A stretch of DNA of 64,000 nucleotides, from assembly GCA_964576115.1 (NCBI GenBank), contig CAZNUA010000012.1, positions 1-64,000 of the forward strand, read 5' to 3'. Below the pieces are notes generated by a model. The model made no database searches, was not told the origin of the DNA, and saw nothing but the letters and a program-made list of their open reading frames with translations. The position numbers were made by a program, and so were the translations under genes. Below are positions 19,761 through 29,059 of the stretch, piece after piece (position 1 is the first letter of the stretch; each line of letters opens with the position of its first letter). The stretch comes from an uncultured Gemmatimonadota bacterium (lineage in GTDB: Bacteria > Blakebacterota > Blakebacteria > Blakebacterales > Blakebacteraceae).

Positions 19761-21628
19761 TCTCCACCTCCCGAGACAACGCTGATCGCTCCCTGGGGAC
19801 AGACTTCGAGGCAGGCTCCGCACTTGATGCAGACATCAGGATCGATGACGTGGACGGCGTCCTTCTCACCGCTGATCGCATCGGCGGGACAGACCTTGAA
19901 GCAGGCGTGGCATCCGTCACAGAGCGATTCCTGGATCTGGTAGCGGATGAGAGTGGTGCAGACACCAGCCGGACAGCGGCGTTCGGTGATGTGGGCCTCA
20001 TACTCGTCCCGGAAGTACCGCAGGGTCGAGAGAACGGGATTGGCGGCATTCTGCCCCAGCCCGCACATGCTGGCTTCGTTCACCGTATGCCCCAGCTCCT
20101 CGAGCAGCTCGAGCTGTTCGAGGGTGCCGCGCCCCTCGCAGATGTCGTCGAGGATCTCGCGCATCCGCTGGGTTCCCTTGCGGCAGGAATAACACTTGCC
20201 GCACGATTCCTGTTCGAGGAAACGGGTGAAGTACCGGGCGATATCCACCATGCAGGTGGATTCGTCCATCACGATCATTCCCCCCGAACCCATGATGGTG
20301 CCGGCTTCGGCCAGGGCTTCGAAGTCGATCGGCAGGTCCATGAGTTCGGCGGGCAGGCAGCCGCCGGCGGGGCCGCCGGTCTGGATTCCCTTGAACTCCT
20401 TGCCGTTCGGTATGCCGCCGCCGATGTCGTACACGAGCTGGCGGATGGTCGTTCCCATGGGGACTTCAACCAGGCCGGTGTTCTCGACCTTGCCGACCAG
20501 GGAGAAAATCTTCGTGCCCTTGCTGCCCTCGGAACCTATCGAGGAGAACCACCCGGCCCCCCGGGTGATGATGTGCGGCACGCTGGCCCAGGTTTCGACG
20601 TTGTTGATGACCGTGGGCTTGTTGCGGTAGCCGGACTGGGCGGGGAAGGGGGGGCGCTGTTTCGGCTCGCCCGTGCGTCCTTCCAGGGATGCGATCAGGG
20701 CAGTCTCCTCGCCACAGACGAACGCCCCGGCTCCCATGACGACTTTGAGATCGAAAGCGAAGCCGCTGCCGAGAATACCTTCACCGAGCAGACCGGCTTC
20801 GCGGGCCTGTTCCACCGCCCGGGTGATGTTGCGGACCGCGATCGGGTACTCGTGCCGGACGTAGACGAAGCCCTCTGAAGCACCGATGGCATAGGCGCCG
20901 ATGCACATCCCTTCGATCACCCGGTGCGGATTGCCTTCGAGGATTCCCCGGTCCATGAAAGCCCCCGGGTCGCCCTCGTCGGCGTTGCAGACGATGTACT
21001 TCGGCTCGCCCGGATTCTGGCGGCAGATACTCCATTTGCGTCCGGTCGGGAAACCGGCTCCGCCCCGACCCCTGAGACCGGAGTCGAGGATCTCCTGCAC
21101 GACCGCCTCGGGATCCATGTCGGTGAGCACCCGGGCCAGGGCTTCGTACCCGCCGAGGACGAAAAAATCATCGATCGATTCGGGGTCGATACGCCGATTT
21201 TCCTCGAGCAGCAGGCGGTCCTGATGCTTGTAGAAGGGGATGTCCTTCTCGTAGGGAACGGGCTGGCCGGTATCGGGGTGCGTGTACACGAGGCGGTCGA
21301 TGATTTCGCCGGCCCCGACAGTGCGTTCCAGGATGGTCGGAACATCAGCCGGCTTGACACCCCCGTAACAGATTCCGGCGGGATCGATGGTGACGACCGG
21401 GGCCAGGGCGCAGAAGCCGTGGCAGCCGGTACACCGGAAGGTGACCCGATCCTCCAGCCCCTGCTCCTTGATCTGCGCCCGGAAGGCATCGGCGACTTCG
21501 CCGGCGCCGCTGGCAACACACCCGGGACCGGTGCACACGGTAATGATGTCCCGGGCACTTTCCCTTGCCTGCTCCAGAGAAGTCCGGGCCTGTTTCAGCT
21601 CGTCGGGAGAAGAGATTCTGCCTGTCAT
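19757..21628 (-). CDS. NuoF/HydB/HndC-like NAD(H)/FMN-binding diaphorase subunit
   Basis: N-terminal CTGPGC/CTGCHGFC; GLRGRGGAGFPTG; CNADEGDPGAFMDR; GAGAFVCGEETAL; SCGKCYSCR; C-terminal 2x4Fe-4S. Confidence 0.95.
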   Translation of the reverse strand: MTGRISSPDELKQARTSLEQARESARDIITVCTGPGCVASGAGEVADAFRAQIKEQGLEDRVTFRCTGCHGFCALAPVVTIDPAGICYGGVKPADVPTILERTVGAGEIIDRLVYTHPDTGQPVPYEKDIPFYKHQDRLLLEENRRIDPESIDDFFVLGGYEALARVLTDMDPEAVVQEILDSGLRGRGGAGFPTGRKWSICRQNPGEPKYIVCNADEGDPGAFMDRGILEGNPHRVIEGMCIGAYAIGASEGFVYVRHEYPIAVRNITRAVEQAREAGLLGEGILGSGFAFDLKVVMGAGAFVCGEETALIASLEGRTGEPKQRPPFPAQSGYRNKPTVINNVETWASVPHIITRGAGWFSSIGSEGSKGTKIFSLVGKVENTGLVEVPMGTTIRQLVYDIGGGIPNGKEFKGIQTGGPAGGCLPAELMDLPIDFEALAEAGTIMGSGGMIVMDESTCMVDIARYFTRFLEQESCGKCYSCRKGTQRMREILDDICEGRGTLEQLELLEELGHTVNEASMCGLGQNAANPVLSTLRYFRDEYEAHITERRCPAGVCTTLIRYQIQESLCDGCHACFKVCPADAISGEKDAVHVIDPDVCIKCGACLEVCPQGAISVVSGGGE

Positions 21629-22170
21629 TGTGTTTCCTCGGCCCGTTCGCGATCGAGACGACGAAGCAGTCGCGGCACCTTACGGGAAGACATGTTGCCG
21701 TGGTACTCGCCATCGATGAGAACAAGAGGTCCCATTGCGCAAGCTCCCACACAGGCGACCGTTTCCAGCTCATATTCCCGGTCGGGGGTGGTCTGTCCGG
21801 CGCAGATGCCCAGCTGCCGCTCGAATTCCTTGAGAACCTGAGGGCCGCCGCGGACATGACAGGCGGTCCCCATACAGATCGTACAGGTGTGCCTGCCGGG
21901 AGGATTCAACTTGAAAGATCGGTAGAACGTTGCGGTTCCGAAAATGTCGATGGGGGGGATGTTCAGGCGCTCGGCGATGTATTTCATGGCGGGTACCGGC
22001 AGGTAACCCAGAATGTCCTGTGTATCCAGAAGAATGGCGATCAGTTCACCGCGGTCATGCCGATGATCCTCGAGGACAGCATCGACCTTGGCTTTCATGT
22101 CCTCGATATCGGCGGCCGGGTTGGATACGGCTGTACGGTCGGTGGAGCTTGCAGATGACATTCTGTACAT
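21625..22170 (-). CDS. NuoE/HydC/HndA-like 2Fe-2S subunit
   Basis: GYLP, ATFY, CMGTACHVRG and CVGACAMGP; start uncertain (22170, 22161 or 22098). Confidence 0.92.
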   Translation of the reverse strand: MYRMSSASSTDRTAVSNPAADIEDMKAKVDAVLEDHRHDRGELIAILLDTQDILGYLPVPAMKYIAERLNIPPIDIFGTATFYRSFKLNPPGRHTCTICMGTACHVRGGPQVLKEFERQLGICAGQTTPDREYELETVACVGACAMGPLVLIDGEYHGNMSSRKVPRLLRRLDRERAEETQ

Positions 22171-22613
22171 CCTTCCCCGGTGAGGAAAGGTCAGCGGTGC
22201 AAAGGGGTGCTTACGGGAAGCACCCCTGCGATACGACGCACAGTAACAATCGGAAGCGCCCGAACAGATGTCAACCATTTCAGGTCCGATTATCTGAAAT
22301 AAGGAAACGGGTGTTTTTCGGGGTCCGAGATATTTTTCAGGATGATGAGACCGGCCTGCTTCAACTGTCCTTCCGACCGGCGTGCCGCTACCTGTTGCCG
22401 GGAGGGCGGAATCCGGAGGAGGAACGACCGGCAGGTGGTGGGCGCAGAGAGCGCGGGGATGCCAAAAGTCCGAACCGGTAGTACCTTATATGTCTGGGAT
22501 TCGTATTGAAGGACGTTCCACTGCACCCGTAGTGTTCCGGTGCAGAGGGATCGGTGGGCTGTGCTGGATGGCCGGGGATCGTGCGGGAAACACCGTGTGG
22601 AGAAGGAGCCGTT

Positions 22614-23966
22614 ATGCCCGAAGCGGATGGACAGGCAGACCGGACCCGGCCCGACGGGAACGGCTGCGAGGAAACGGAATTCGATGCCCTGAGACGGGAG
22701 GTCGAGCGCTACCGGGCCGTTTTCGATGTGACCCGGGCCCTGGGGGGAACGCTCGATCTCGACCAGCTCCTCAACCTGATCATCGAGAAGATCAGCACCG
22801 TCATGGACGCGGACCGTTCCAGTCTCTTCCTGATCGACTGGGAGACAGAGGAACTGTGGTCGAAAGTCGCCCAGGGAGTCCGGTTCATGGAACTGCGCTT
22901 CCCCATGAGCGCCGGTCTGGCCGGGGCGGTCGCCACCACCGGCGAGCCGCTGAACATTCCCGACGCCTACGAGGACGAGCGCTTCAATCAGGAGTGGGAC
23001 AAGAAGACCGGCTACCGCACCCGTTCGGTTCTCTGTGTGCCGATGACCAACAAGGCGGGGGAGCGGATCGGTGTCATCCAGGTTCTGAACAAGGGGGGCG
23101 ACGGCGTCTTTACCGACGATGACCAGGAGATGCTGTCGGCCCTGGCGGGGATGATCGCGGTGGCGGTGGAGAACTCCCGGCTCTACGAGGATCAGAAACA
23201 GACCTTCATCTCGTTCGTCGAGACTCTCTCAACCGCGATGGATGCCCGTGACCCGATCACGGCTGGTCACTCGACCAGAGTGACCGACTATGCCGTGGCG
23301 ATCGGCGAACAGCTCGGGTATTCCGAAAAGCAGCTCGAGGTTCTGAACGCCGCAGCCCTGATGCACGACATCGGCAAGATCGGGGTACCCGAAGTGGTGC
23401 TCTTCAAGGACGGGCGGCTCGATGATGAAGAGTACAAGATCATCCAGACCCACGCCCTGCACACCCTCAACATCCTCGACAAGATCCATTTTACGCGGGA
23501 TTACGAGAATATCCCCATGATGGCGGCTACCCATCACGAACGGGTCGACGGCACCGGCTATCCCCTGGGATTGCGCGGCGACGATATCCCCGAAGAGGGG
23601 CGGGTCATGGCGGTGGCCGATATCTTCGACGCCATCACCAGCCGTCGTCATTACCGCGACCGGATGAACTTCGGCAAGGTCCTGCGGGTACTCGACGAAG
23701 AAGCCGCCGGCGGACATCTCCAGACCGATTTCCTCACGGCTTTCAAGGCTCTGCCCCTGAGCCGGGTCGTGGCCATCCTCGAGGCGGACAACACCGAGCT
23801 GGTGCCCGAGGAAGACATGAAAACATTCGGTGCGTACACCCTCGGTGAGCTGCAGGAGATCATCGAGAAGGATGAAGAAGAACGGAGTGATGTCGAGTAT
23901 GATCTCCTGGTTCGTTTCGGCTGCTGCTACGAACGAACCGCCCCCGGCCACGAGGAGATGGACTGA
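22614..23966 (+). CDS. GAF + HD-GYP cyclic dinucleotide phosphodiesterase
   Basis: GAF motif DKKTGYRTRSVLCVP...QVLNK; GHSTRV, HDIGK, HHERVDGTGYP and ADIFDA. Confidence 0.92.
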   Translation: MPEADGQADRTRPDGNGCEETEFDALRREVERYRAVFDVTRALGGTLDLDQLLNLIIEKISTVMDADRSSLFLIDWETEELWSKVAQGVRFMELRFPMSAGLAGAVATTGEPLNIPDAYEDERFNQEWDKKTGYRTRSVLCVPMTNKAGERIGVIQVLNKGGDGVFTDDDQEMLSALAGMIAVAVENSRLYEDQKQTFISFVETLSTAMDARDPITAGHSTRVTDYAVAIGEQLGYSEKQLEVLNAAALMHDIGKIGVPEVVLFKDGRLDDEEYKIIQTHALHTLNILDKIHFTRDYENIPMMAATHHERVDGTGYPLGLRGDDIPEEGRVMAVADIFDAITSRRHYRDRMNFGKVLRVLDEEAAGGHLQTDFLTAFKALPLSRVVAILEADNTELVPEEDMKTFGAYTLGELQEIIEKDEEERSDVEYDLLVRFGCCYERTAPGHEEMD

Positions 23967-24004
23967 AACCCGGTTTGGGGCCGGGTTACGCTCGGGAACG
24001 TGCA

Positions 24005-24553
24005 ATGGGTATTGCCACCAGGAAAGGCGACAGCGGCAGAACCCGCCTGCTTTCGGGTGAAGAGGTCTCCAAGGCCGACCCGCGGGTGGCGGTATACGGC
24101 GATCTCGACGAGGCGGTCTCGGCCCTCGGCTTGGCCCGGACCCTGGTCAGCACACAGCCTCTGCGGGAACGGATCCGGACCCTGCAGGAAGTCTGCTTTG
24201 CAGCCGGGGCCGAACTGGCGGCCCGCCCGCCGGCCCCCGAGCGGCTGCCCGATCGACTCGGTCCCGAGCACCTCGAAGCTCTCGATGAACAGATCGCCGA
24301 ACTCGAAGCCCACATCGTCCTGCCCCCCGTTTTCATCATTCCCGGCGCCACGCCGGGCAGTGCCGCTCTCGACCTGGCGCGGGCGGTGTTGCGCAGGGTC
24401 GAGCGCGGGATCATTGCCCTGCTCGAGAGCGACCCCGGGGCTGTCGACAATCCGGTCATGATTCCCTGGATCAACCGTCTCTCCGACGTTCTTTTTCTCC
24501 TGGCCCGGTTCGAGGAGCAGCAGCAGGGTCTGGAATTCGAGCGCCGGCGGTAA
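24005..24553 (+). CDS. PduO-type ATP:cob(I)alamin adenosyltransferase
   Basis: TRKGDSGRT, YGDLDE, FIIPG, ARAVLRRVER and INRLSDVLFLLAR. Confidence 0.92.
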   Translation: MGIATRKGDSGRTRLLSGEEVSKADPRVAVYGDLDEAVSALGLARTLVSTQPLRERIRTLQEVCFAAGAELAARPPAPERLPDRLGPEHLEALDEQIAELEAHIVLPPVFIIPGATPGSAALDLARAVLRRVERGIIALLESDPGAVDNPVMIPWINRLSDVLFLLARFEEQQQGLEFERRR

Positions 24554-24574
24554 CCCTCTGCTCCGGCAGGACTT

Positions 24575-25279
24575 TCAGAGGGCCGCCTCGGCCGAGGCGG
24601 TGAGTTCGTCGAGGCGCCGGGCCAGTTCGGTCCCGAGCGCTTCGATTTCTTCCGGGGCGGTGCCGGGGGGGACCGGCAGCGACTCGCCGTAGGCCACCAC
24701 CACCCGGGTCAGCGGCCAGGGCAGGATATAGCGGTCCCAGGCCCGCGTGAAAATCCGTGCCCGGCGCACCGCACAGGTGATCGGTACGATCGCACTGCCG
24801 GTTTTCTGGGCGGTGAAGAGAACGCCCGGTTTGACCTCGTGATAAGGTCCCCGCGGACCGTCCACGGCGAAGGCGCAATCCCGCCCTTCCTTCACCGTCC
24901 GGATGATGCCCACCAGCCCCCGCACCGCGCCCCGCGAGGCCGAGCCGCGGATGATGTAATAACCGAGCCCGCCGAGAACGAGACTCTGCAAGGTGCCGTC
25001 GCGGCTCAGACTGGTGAGAATGGCGACGCCGCGCCGACGCCAGGTGTGCACCAGCGGGAACTGGTGACCGTGCCAGAAGGCGAAAGCGACCCGGCCCCCG
25101 GCGGCGCTGCGACGGGCCGCTTCGAGATGCTCGCGCCCGATCTCGCGCACCCGCATCGTGGAGCCCAGAAGGCGGATGAAGACGCGCGCGGCCACGGCTG
25201 TCAGACGCTGCGCGGTCGTGGCCGGGGCCGGCTGGAGCGTTTCGCTCTCCGGATTCGGGTTCGGGGTATCCACAGTCAT
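24575..25279 (-). CDS. DUF374 lysophospholipid acyltransferase family protein
   Basis: AFWHG, SLSRDG, IRGSASRG, AVDGPRGP and AWDRYILPWP. Confidence 0.88.
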   Translation of the reverse strand: MTVDTPNPNPESETLQPAPATTAQRLTAVAARVFIRLLGSTMRVREIGREHLEAARRSAAGGRVAFAFWHGHQFPLVHTWRRRGVAILTSLSRDGTLQSLVLGGLGYYIIRGSASRGAVRGLVGIIRTVKEGRDCAFAVDGPRGPYHEVKPGVLFTAQKTGSAIVPITCAVRRARIFTRAWDRYILPWPLTRVVVAYGESLPVPPGTAPEEIEALGTELARRLDELTASAEAAL

Positions 25280-25382
25280 CGTATCCCGCCACAGAGTAAT
25301 CCCCCGCTCGCCCTGATGCCACCGGCAAGGCCCGGTGGACGGGCGTCAGGACGTCGGAGGCCGGAAGTAGGGTAAGGGTGCC

Positions 25383-25886
25383 ATGGTGCGCGATGATGTC
25401 CGCGAAGAGGCCGTCCGGGCCTTCACGCTCGGATTCCGCTGTCAGAAAGCGGGCGAGATCGAGCGGGCGGTCTATGCCTATCGACGCTCGCTCGAACTGC
25501 TCCCCTCGGCCGAAGCCCACACCTTTCTCGGCTGGGCGCTCTCCTTTCAAGGCCGGTTGGAAGAAGCCGTCGCCGAGTGTCGCAAAGCCATCGAACTCGA
25601 TCCCACCCTCGGGAACACCTATAACGATCTGGGGGCCTACCTGATCGAACTCGGCCGGCCCCGCGAGGCGGTGGTGTGGCTCGAAAAGGGACTGGCGGCG
25701 GTGCGCTACGATTCCCACTGCTATCCCTGGTTCAATCTCGGCCGGGCTCACGGCGCTCTGGGGAACCAGCGCCAGGCGCGTATCTGCTACCGCCGCGCGC
25801 TCGAGGCCGATCCGGCCTTCGTCCCCGCCCTGCTGGCCCTCAAGGGTGCGGTCCTGCCGGTTGCCTGCGAGCCCCGCGAGGGCTGA
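25383..25886 (+). CDS. Tetratricopeptide repeat protein
   Basis: AEAHTFLGWALS, GNTYNDLGAYL and PWFNLGRA TPR helices. Confidence 0.85.
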   Translation: MVRDDVREEAVRAFTLGFRCQKAGEIERAVYAYRRSLELLPSAEAHTFLGWALSFQGRLEEAVAECRKAIELDPTLGNTYNDLGAYLIELGRPREAVVWLEKGLAAVRYDSHCYPWFNLGRAHGALGNQRQARICYRRALEADPAFVPALLALKGAVLPVACEPREG

Positions 25887-25956
25887 AAGGCCCGTCGCAC
25901 AGCACCTCTCCGACTGCCACTTGACAGATCGGCCGGAAACGATTCTCATAGCTTCC

Positions 25957-27780
25957 ATGGGAATCCGCTACCTCGACGGGACACGGCTGCAGCGTATCTT
26001 CATCGCCGCTGCCAACTGGGTCAACGCCCGCCGCGAACACCTCAACGCCATCAATGTCTTCCCCATTCCCGATGGTGATACGGGGACGAACATGGCTGCC
26101 ACCCTGACTTACGGGGTCGACGGTATCGCCCACCTCGAACATCCCAGTCTCGATGAGGTGCGCCGGATTCTGGGCCGGACAGTTCTGATCGGCGCCCAGG
26201 GCAATTCCGGTTTCATCCTGGCCCAGTTCATGCGCGGCTTCCTCGACGGCATTGCCGCCGGCACCCGGCGCATCCATCGCGAGGAACTGGGAGCGGCCTG
26301 TCAGAACGGCTTTCGCCGGGCGTACGAGGCGGTCCTCGAACCGGTCGAGGGCACCATCCTGACCGTCATGCGGGAGTGGGCCCGGACAGTGGAGGCTCTC
26401 TCGGCCGAACTCCGGGACCTCGGCGAGATCCTCACCGGAGCTCTCGAACGGGCCCGCGCCGCCCTGGCCGAGACCCGCGAGCAGATGCCCCTGCTGCGCG
26501 AACACGAAGTGGTCGATGCCGGAGCGCAGGGATTTGTTCACATGTTGGAGGGGATCAACGAGTTCATCCGCAAGGGAGCGGTCCACCCCGGCCGTCCTCC
26601 GGCTCTGGAGCGAACCCCGGCTTCGATCGTGGATGCCGCCGCACAGGCCGGGGAGATCGGCAATCGCTACTGCACCCAGGCTCTGCTCGAAGAACCGACC
26701 TGTGGAGTGGCCGAGCTCCGGGCCCTGCTCCAGGACCTGGGTGACTCGCTGATCGTGAGTGGGGGGTCAGACCTGCTCAAGGTGCACCTGCACACCGACG
26801 ATCCCGAAGAACTCTTCACCCTGCTTGACGGCTACGGCACGCTGCTCCAGACCCATGCCGAGGACATGCAGTCGCAGACCGAAGCGGTGGCCGGCCAGCG
26901 GCGGTCGATGCGCCGGCGGGCGGCCAGGGGCGAAGTGGCGATCGTGATGGATTCGACCTGCGATCTGGATCCCGATGTGGCTGCGACCGCGGGGATCGGC
27001 ATCGTACCCTGTTACGTCACCTTCGGTGAGGACCGCTACCGCGACCGGGTCGAACTCGACACCACCCGTTTTTACGAGATGTGTGCGACCCGGGCCGAAC
27101 ATCCCCTCTCATCCTCTCCGAGCCTGGCCGACTTCCAGACCGTCTACGACGAGGCTCTCACAACCCACGACCACGTCCTCTCGCTCTGCCTGACGAGTAA
27201 AATGAGCGGGGTCTACCAGGTGGGGGCCCAGGCCGCCCGGGAGCTCGATCCGGAACGGATCACGGTGGTGGATACCGAAGTCTTCAGCCTCGGTCTGGGC
27301 TACATGGGGCTCCAGCTGGCCCGGCGTGCCAACGAGGGAGCGGCCGTGCCCGAACTGCTGCATCACCTGCAGGAAATGCGGGAGCACTCCCGCCTGTACT
27401 GCATGACCGATACTCTGGAATATGTCATCAGAGGCGGGCGGGTCGGAAAGCTGCGTGGTTTCGTGGGTAAGACCCTGGGGCTGCTGCCGGTCCTCAGCCT
27501 GCAGAGCGGCCGTCTCGAACCGGTGGGAGCGGCCCGGGGCGCCGAGAGGGGTATGGCGGATATCCTGCGTCGCCTCGATGATGAGATCCCCGAGGGAATG
27601 CCGGTCTGCGGGGTTGTCGGGCATGGGGGAAATCCCGGGATGGCCGGGAAGATCGGCGCCGAATTCGAGCGACGGTACAACCCGGTCGAAATGGTCTACC
27701 TGGAAATCGGTCCGGCGGTCGGGGTGCATGCCGGTCCGGGGGTGTGGGGCATCTTCTACATCGCCGCCGATACCCTGTAA
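25957..27780 (+). CDS. DAK2 + DegV fusion (fatty acid kinase FakA-FakB-like)
   Basis: LNAINVFPIPDGDTGTNM, GAQGNSG, PVEGTILTV, VVDAG and KVHLHT; then DegV motifs DSTCD, SSSP, SKMSG, RGGR and VGVHAGPG. Confidence 0.9.
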   Translation: MGIRYLDGTRLQRIFIAAANWVNARREHLNAINVFPIPDGDTGTNMAATLTYGVDGIAHLEHPSLDEVRRILGRTVLIGAQGNSGFILAQFMRGFLDGIAAGTRRIHREELGAACQNGFRRAYEAVLEPVEGTILTVMREWARTVEALSAELRDLGEILTGALERARAALAETREQMPLLREHEVVDAGAQGFVHMLEGINEFIRKGAVHPGRPPALERTPASIVDAAAQAGEIGNRYCTQALLEEPTCGVAELRALLQDLGDSLIVSGGSDLLKVHLHTDDPEELFTLLDGYGTLLQTHAEDMQSQTEAVAGQRRSMRRRAARGEVAIVMDSTCDLDPDVAATAGIGIVPCYVTFGEDRYRDRVELDTTRFYEMCATRAEHPLSSSPSLADFQTVYDEALTTHDHVLSLCLTSKMSGVYQVGAQAARELDPERITVVDTEVFSLGLGYMGLQLARRANEGAAVPELLHHLQEMREHSRLYCMTDTLEYVIRGGRVGKLRGFVGKTLGLLPVLSLQSGRLEPVGAARGAERGMADILRRLDDEIPEGMPVCGVVGHGGNPGMAGKIGAEFERRYNPVEMVYLEIGPAVGVHAGPGVWGIFYIAADTL

Positions 27781-27792
27781 TCGATTCTCCGT

Positions 27793-28440
27793 TTACTCTC
27801 TGAGACCCATGTCCAGGATGAAGGGATTGGTCCGGCGTTCCTCGCCGACGGTTGTGTCGGGACCGTGACCGCAGTAGAGCACCGTCTCGTCGGGCAGGGT
27901 GAGGATTTCGTCACGGATGCTCTGCATCAGCCGGTCGAAGTCGCCGCCGGGCAGATCGGTGCGCCCCACGCTTCCGGAGAAGATCGTGTCCCCGACGAAA
28001 GCGATCCCGTCGCCGATGAGGGTGAGGCCTCCGGGGGAGTGCCCCGGTGTGTCGACGACCCGGAAGGAGTGGCTGCCGGCCGCCACGCTGTCGCCGGCAC
28101 TGAGGATGCGGTCGGGCGCGGGTGGGGGCGGTACCCGGATCCCCAACCAGCGCTGGGCGACCTCGGGAGCGTGGGTCAGGACCACCGCTTCGGGGGCCGA
28201 GGCGAGCAGGGGCACACCCAGTTCGGCGACGATCTCGCCGGCTGCCAGAACGTGATCGAAGTGGGCGTGGGTCAGGACGACCGCTTCGAGTTGCCACCCG
28301 ACCGCGCCGATGCGGTCGAGCAGAATGTCGGCGTCGGCCCCGGGATCGACGATGAAGGCCTGACGGTCGACCTCGTCACCCACCAGATAGCAGTTGGTCG
28401 CCAGAAGTCCGACTTCGATCTTGTCTACTGTCAGTGCCAC
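27793..28440 (-). CDS. MBL-fold hydrolase (glyoxalase II/YcbL-like)
   Basis: THAHFDH, TPGHSPG, GDTIF..SVGRTDL and GHGP. Confidence 0.9.
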   Translation of the reverse strand: MALTVDKIEVGLLATNCYLVGDEVDRQAFIVDPGADADILLDRIGAVGWQLEAVVLTHAHFDHVLAAGEIVAELGVPLLASAPEAVVLTHAPEVAQRWLGIRVPPPPAPDRILSAGDSVAAGSHSFRVVDTPGHSPGGLTLIGDGIAFVGDTIFSGSVGRTDLPGGDFDRLMQSIRDEILTLPDETVLYCGHGPDTTVGEERRTNPFILDMGLRE

Positions 28441-28520
28441 TCGTTCACCTTCTTCATCCCGTTCCAGAGCGTGGTTCCCGGAGCCTGAACCGCATCTGGA
28501 ATCCCGAAGGGAGCTCTGCC

Positions 28521-28988
28521 ATGAGTCTGGAAGCCGGCGTTACAGCCCCCGATTTCACCCTGCCCGACGACAGCGGTAACGAGATCTCTCTCTCCGACTT
28601 CCGCGGCCGCCCCGTGATTCTCTACTTCTACCCCAAAGATAACACTCCGGGGTGTACCACCGAAGCCTGCGATTTCCGCGACAATATGGCCCGGGCCACC
28701 GCGCGCGGAGCGGTCGTGCTGGGTATCTCTCCCGACTCGGTCGCAAGCCACGGCAAATTCAAAGCCAAACACGAACTGCCCTTTCCCCTGCTGGCCGATA
28801 CCGAGCGTGAGGTCGCCCGGCTCTACGGGGCCTGGGGCGAAAAGAAGATGTACGGCAAGATCCGTCTGGGGCTGATCCGTTCCACATTTCTGATCGACGC
28901 CGACGGTACGATCGCCCGGGTCTGGCCGAAGGTGAAGGTCAAAGGGCACGTCGACGACGTACTGGCCGCCCTCGAAGAACTGCACTAG
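28521..28988 (+). CDS. bcp: Thioredoxin-dependent peroxiredoxin Bcp
   Basis: YFYPKDNTPGCTTEAC and RSTFLID. Confidence 0.94.
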   Translation: MSLEAGVTAPDFTLPDDSGNEISLSDFRGRPVILYFYPKDNTPGCTTEACDFRDNMARATARGAVVLGISPDSVASHGKFKAKHELPFPLLADTEREVARLYGAWGEKKMYGKIRLGLIRSTFLIDADGTIARVWPKVKVKGHVDDVLAALEELH

Positions 28989-29059
28989 TGCCCTCTCGGA
29001 GTAATCCACCGGCTGCGGTCCGCGCTGGCATCCGGCCGGAGTTTGTACAGGGGCACGGG

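Noticed and set aside
19035-22170. Calling the operon respiratory complex I or an [FeFe]-hydrogenase
   Set aside because: There are no membrane nuo genes, and the 241-aa third subunit has no H-cluster motifs.
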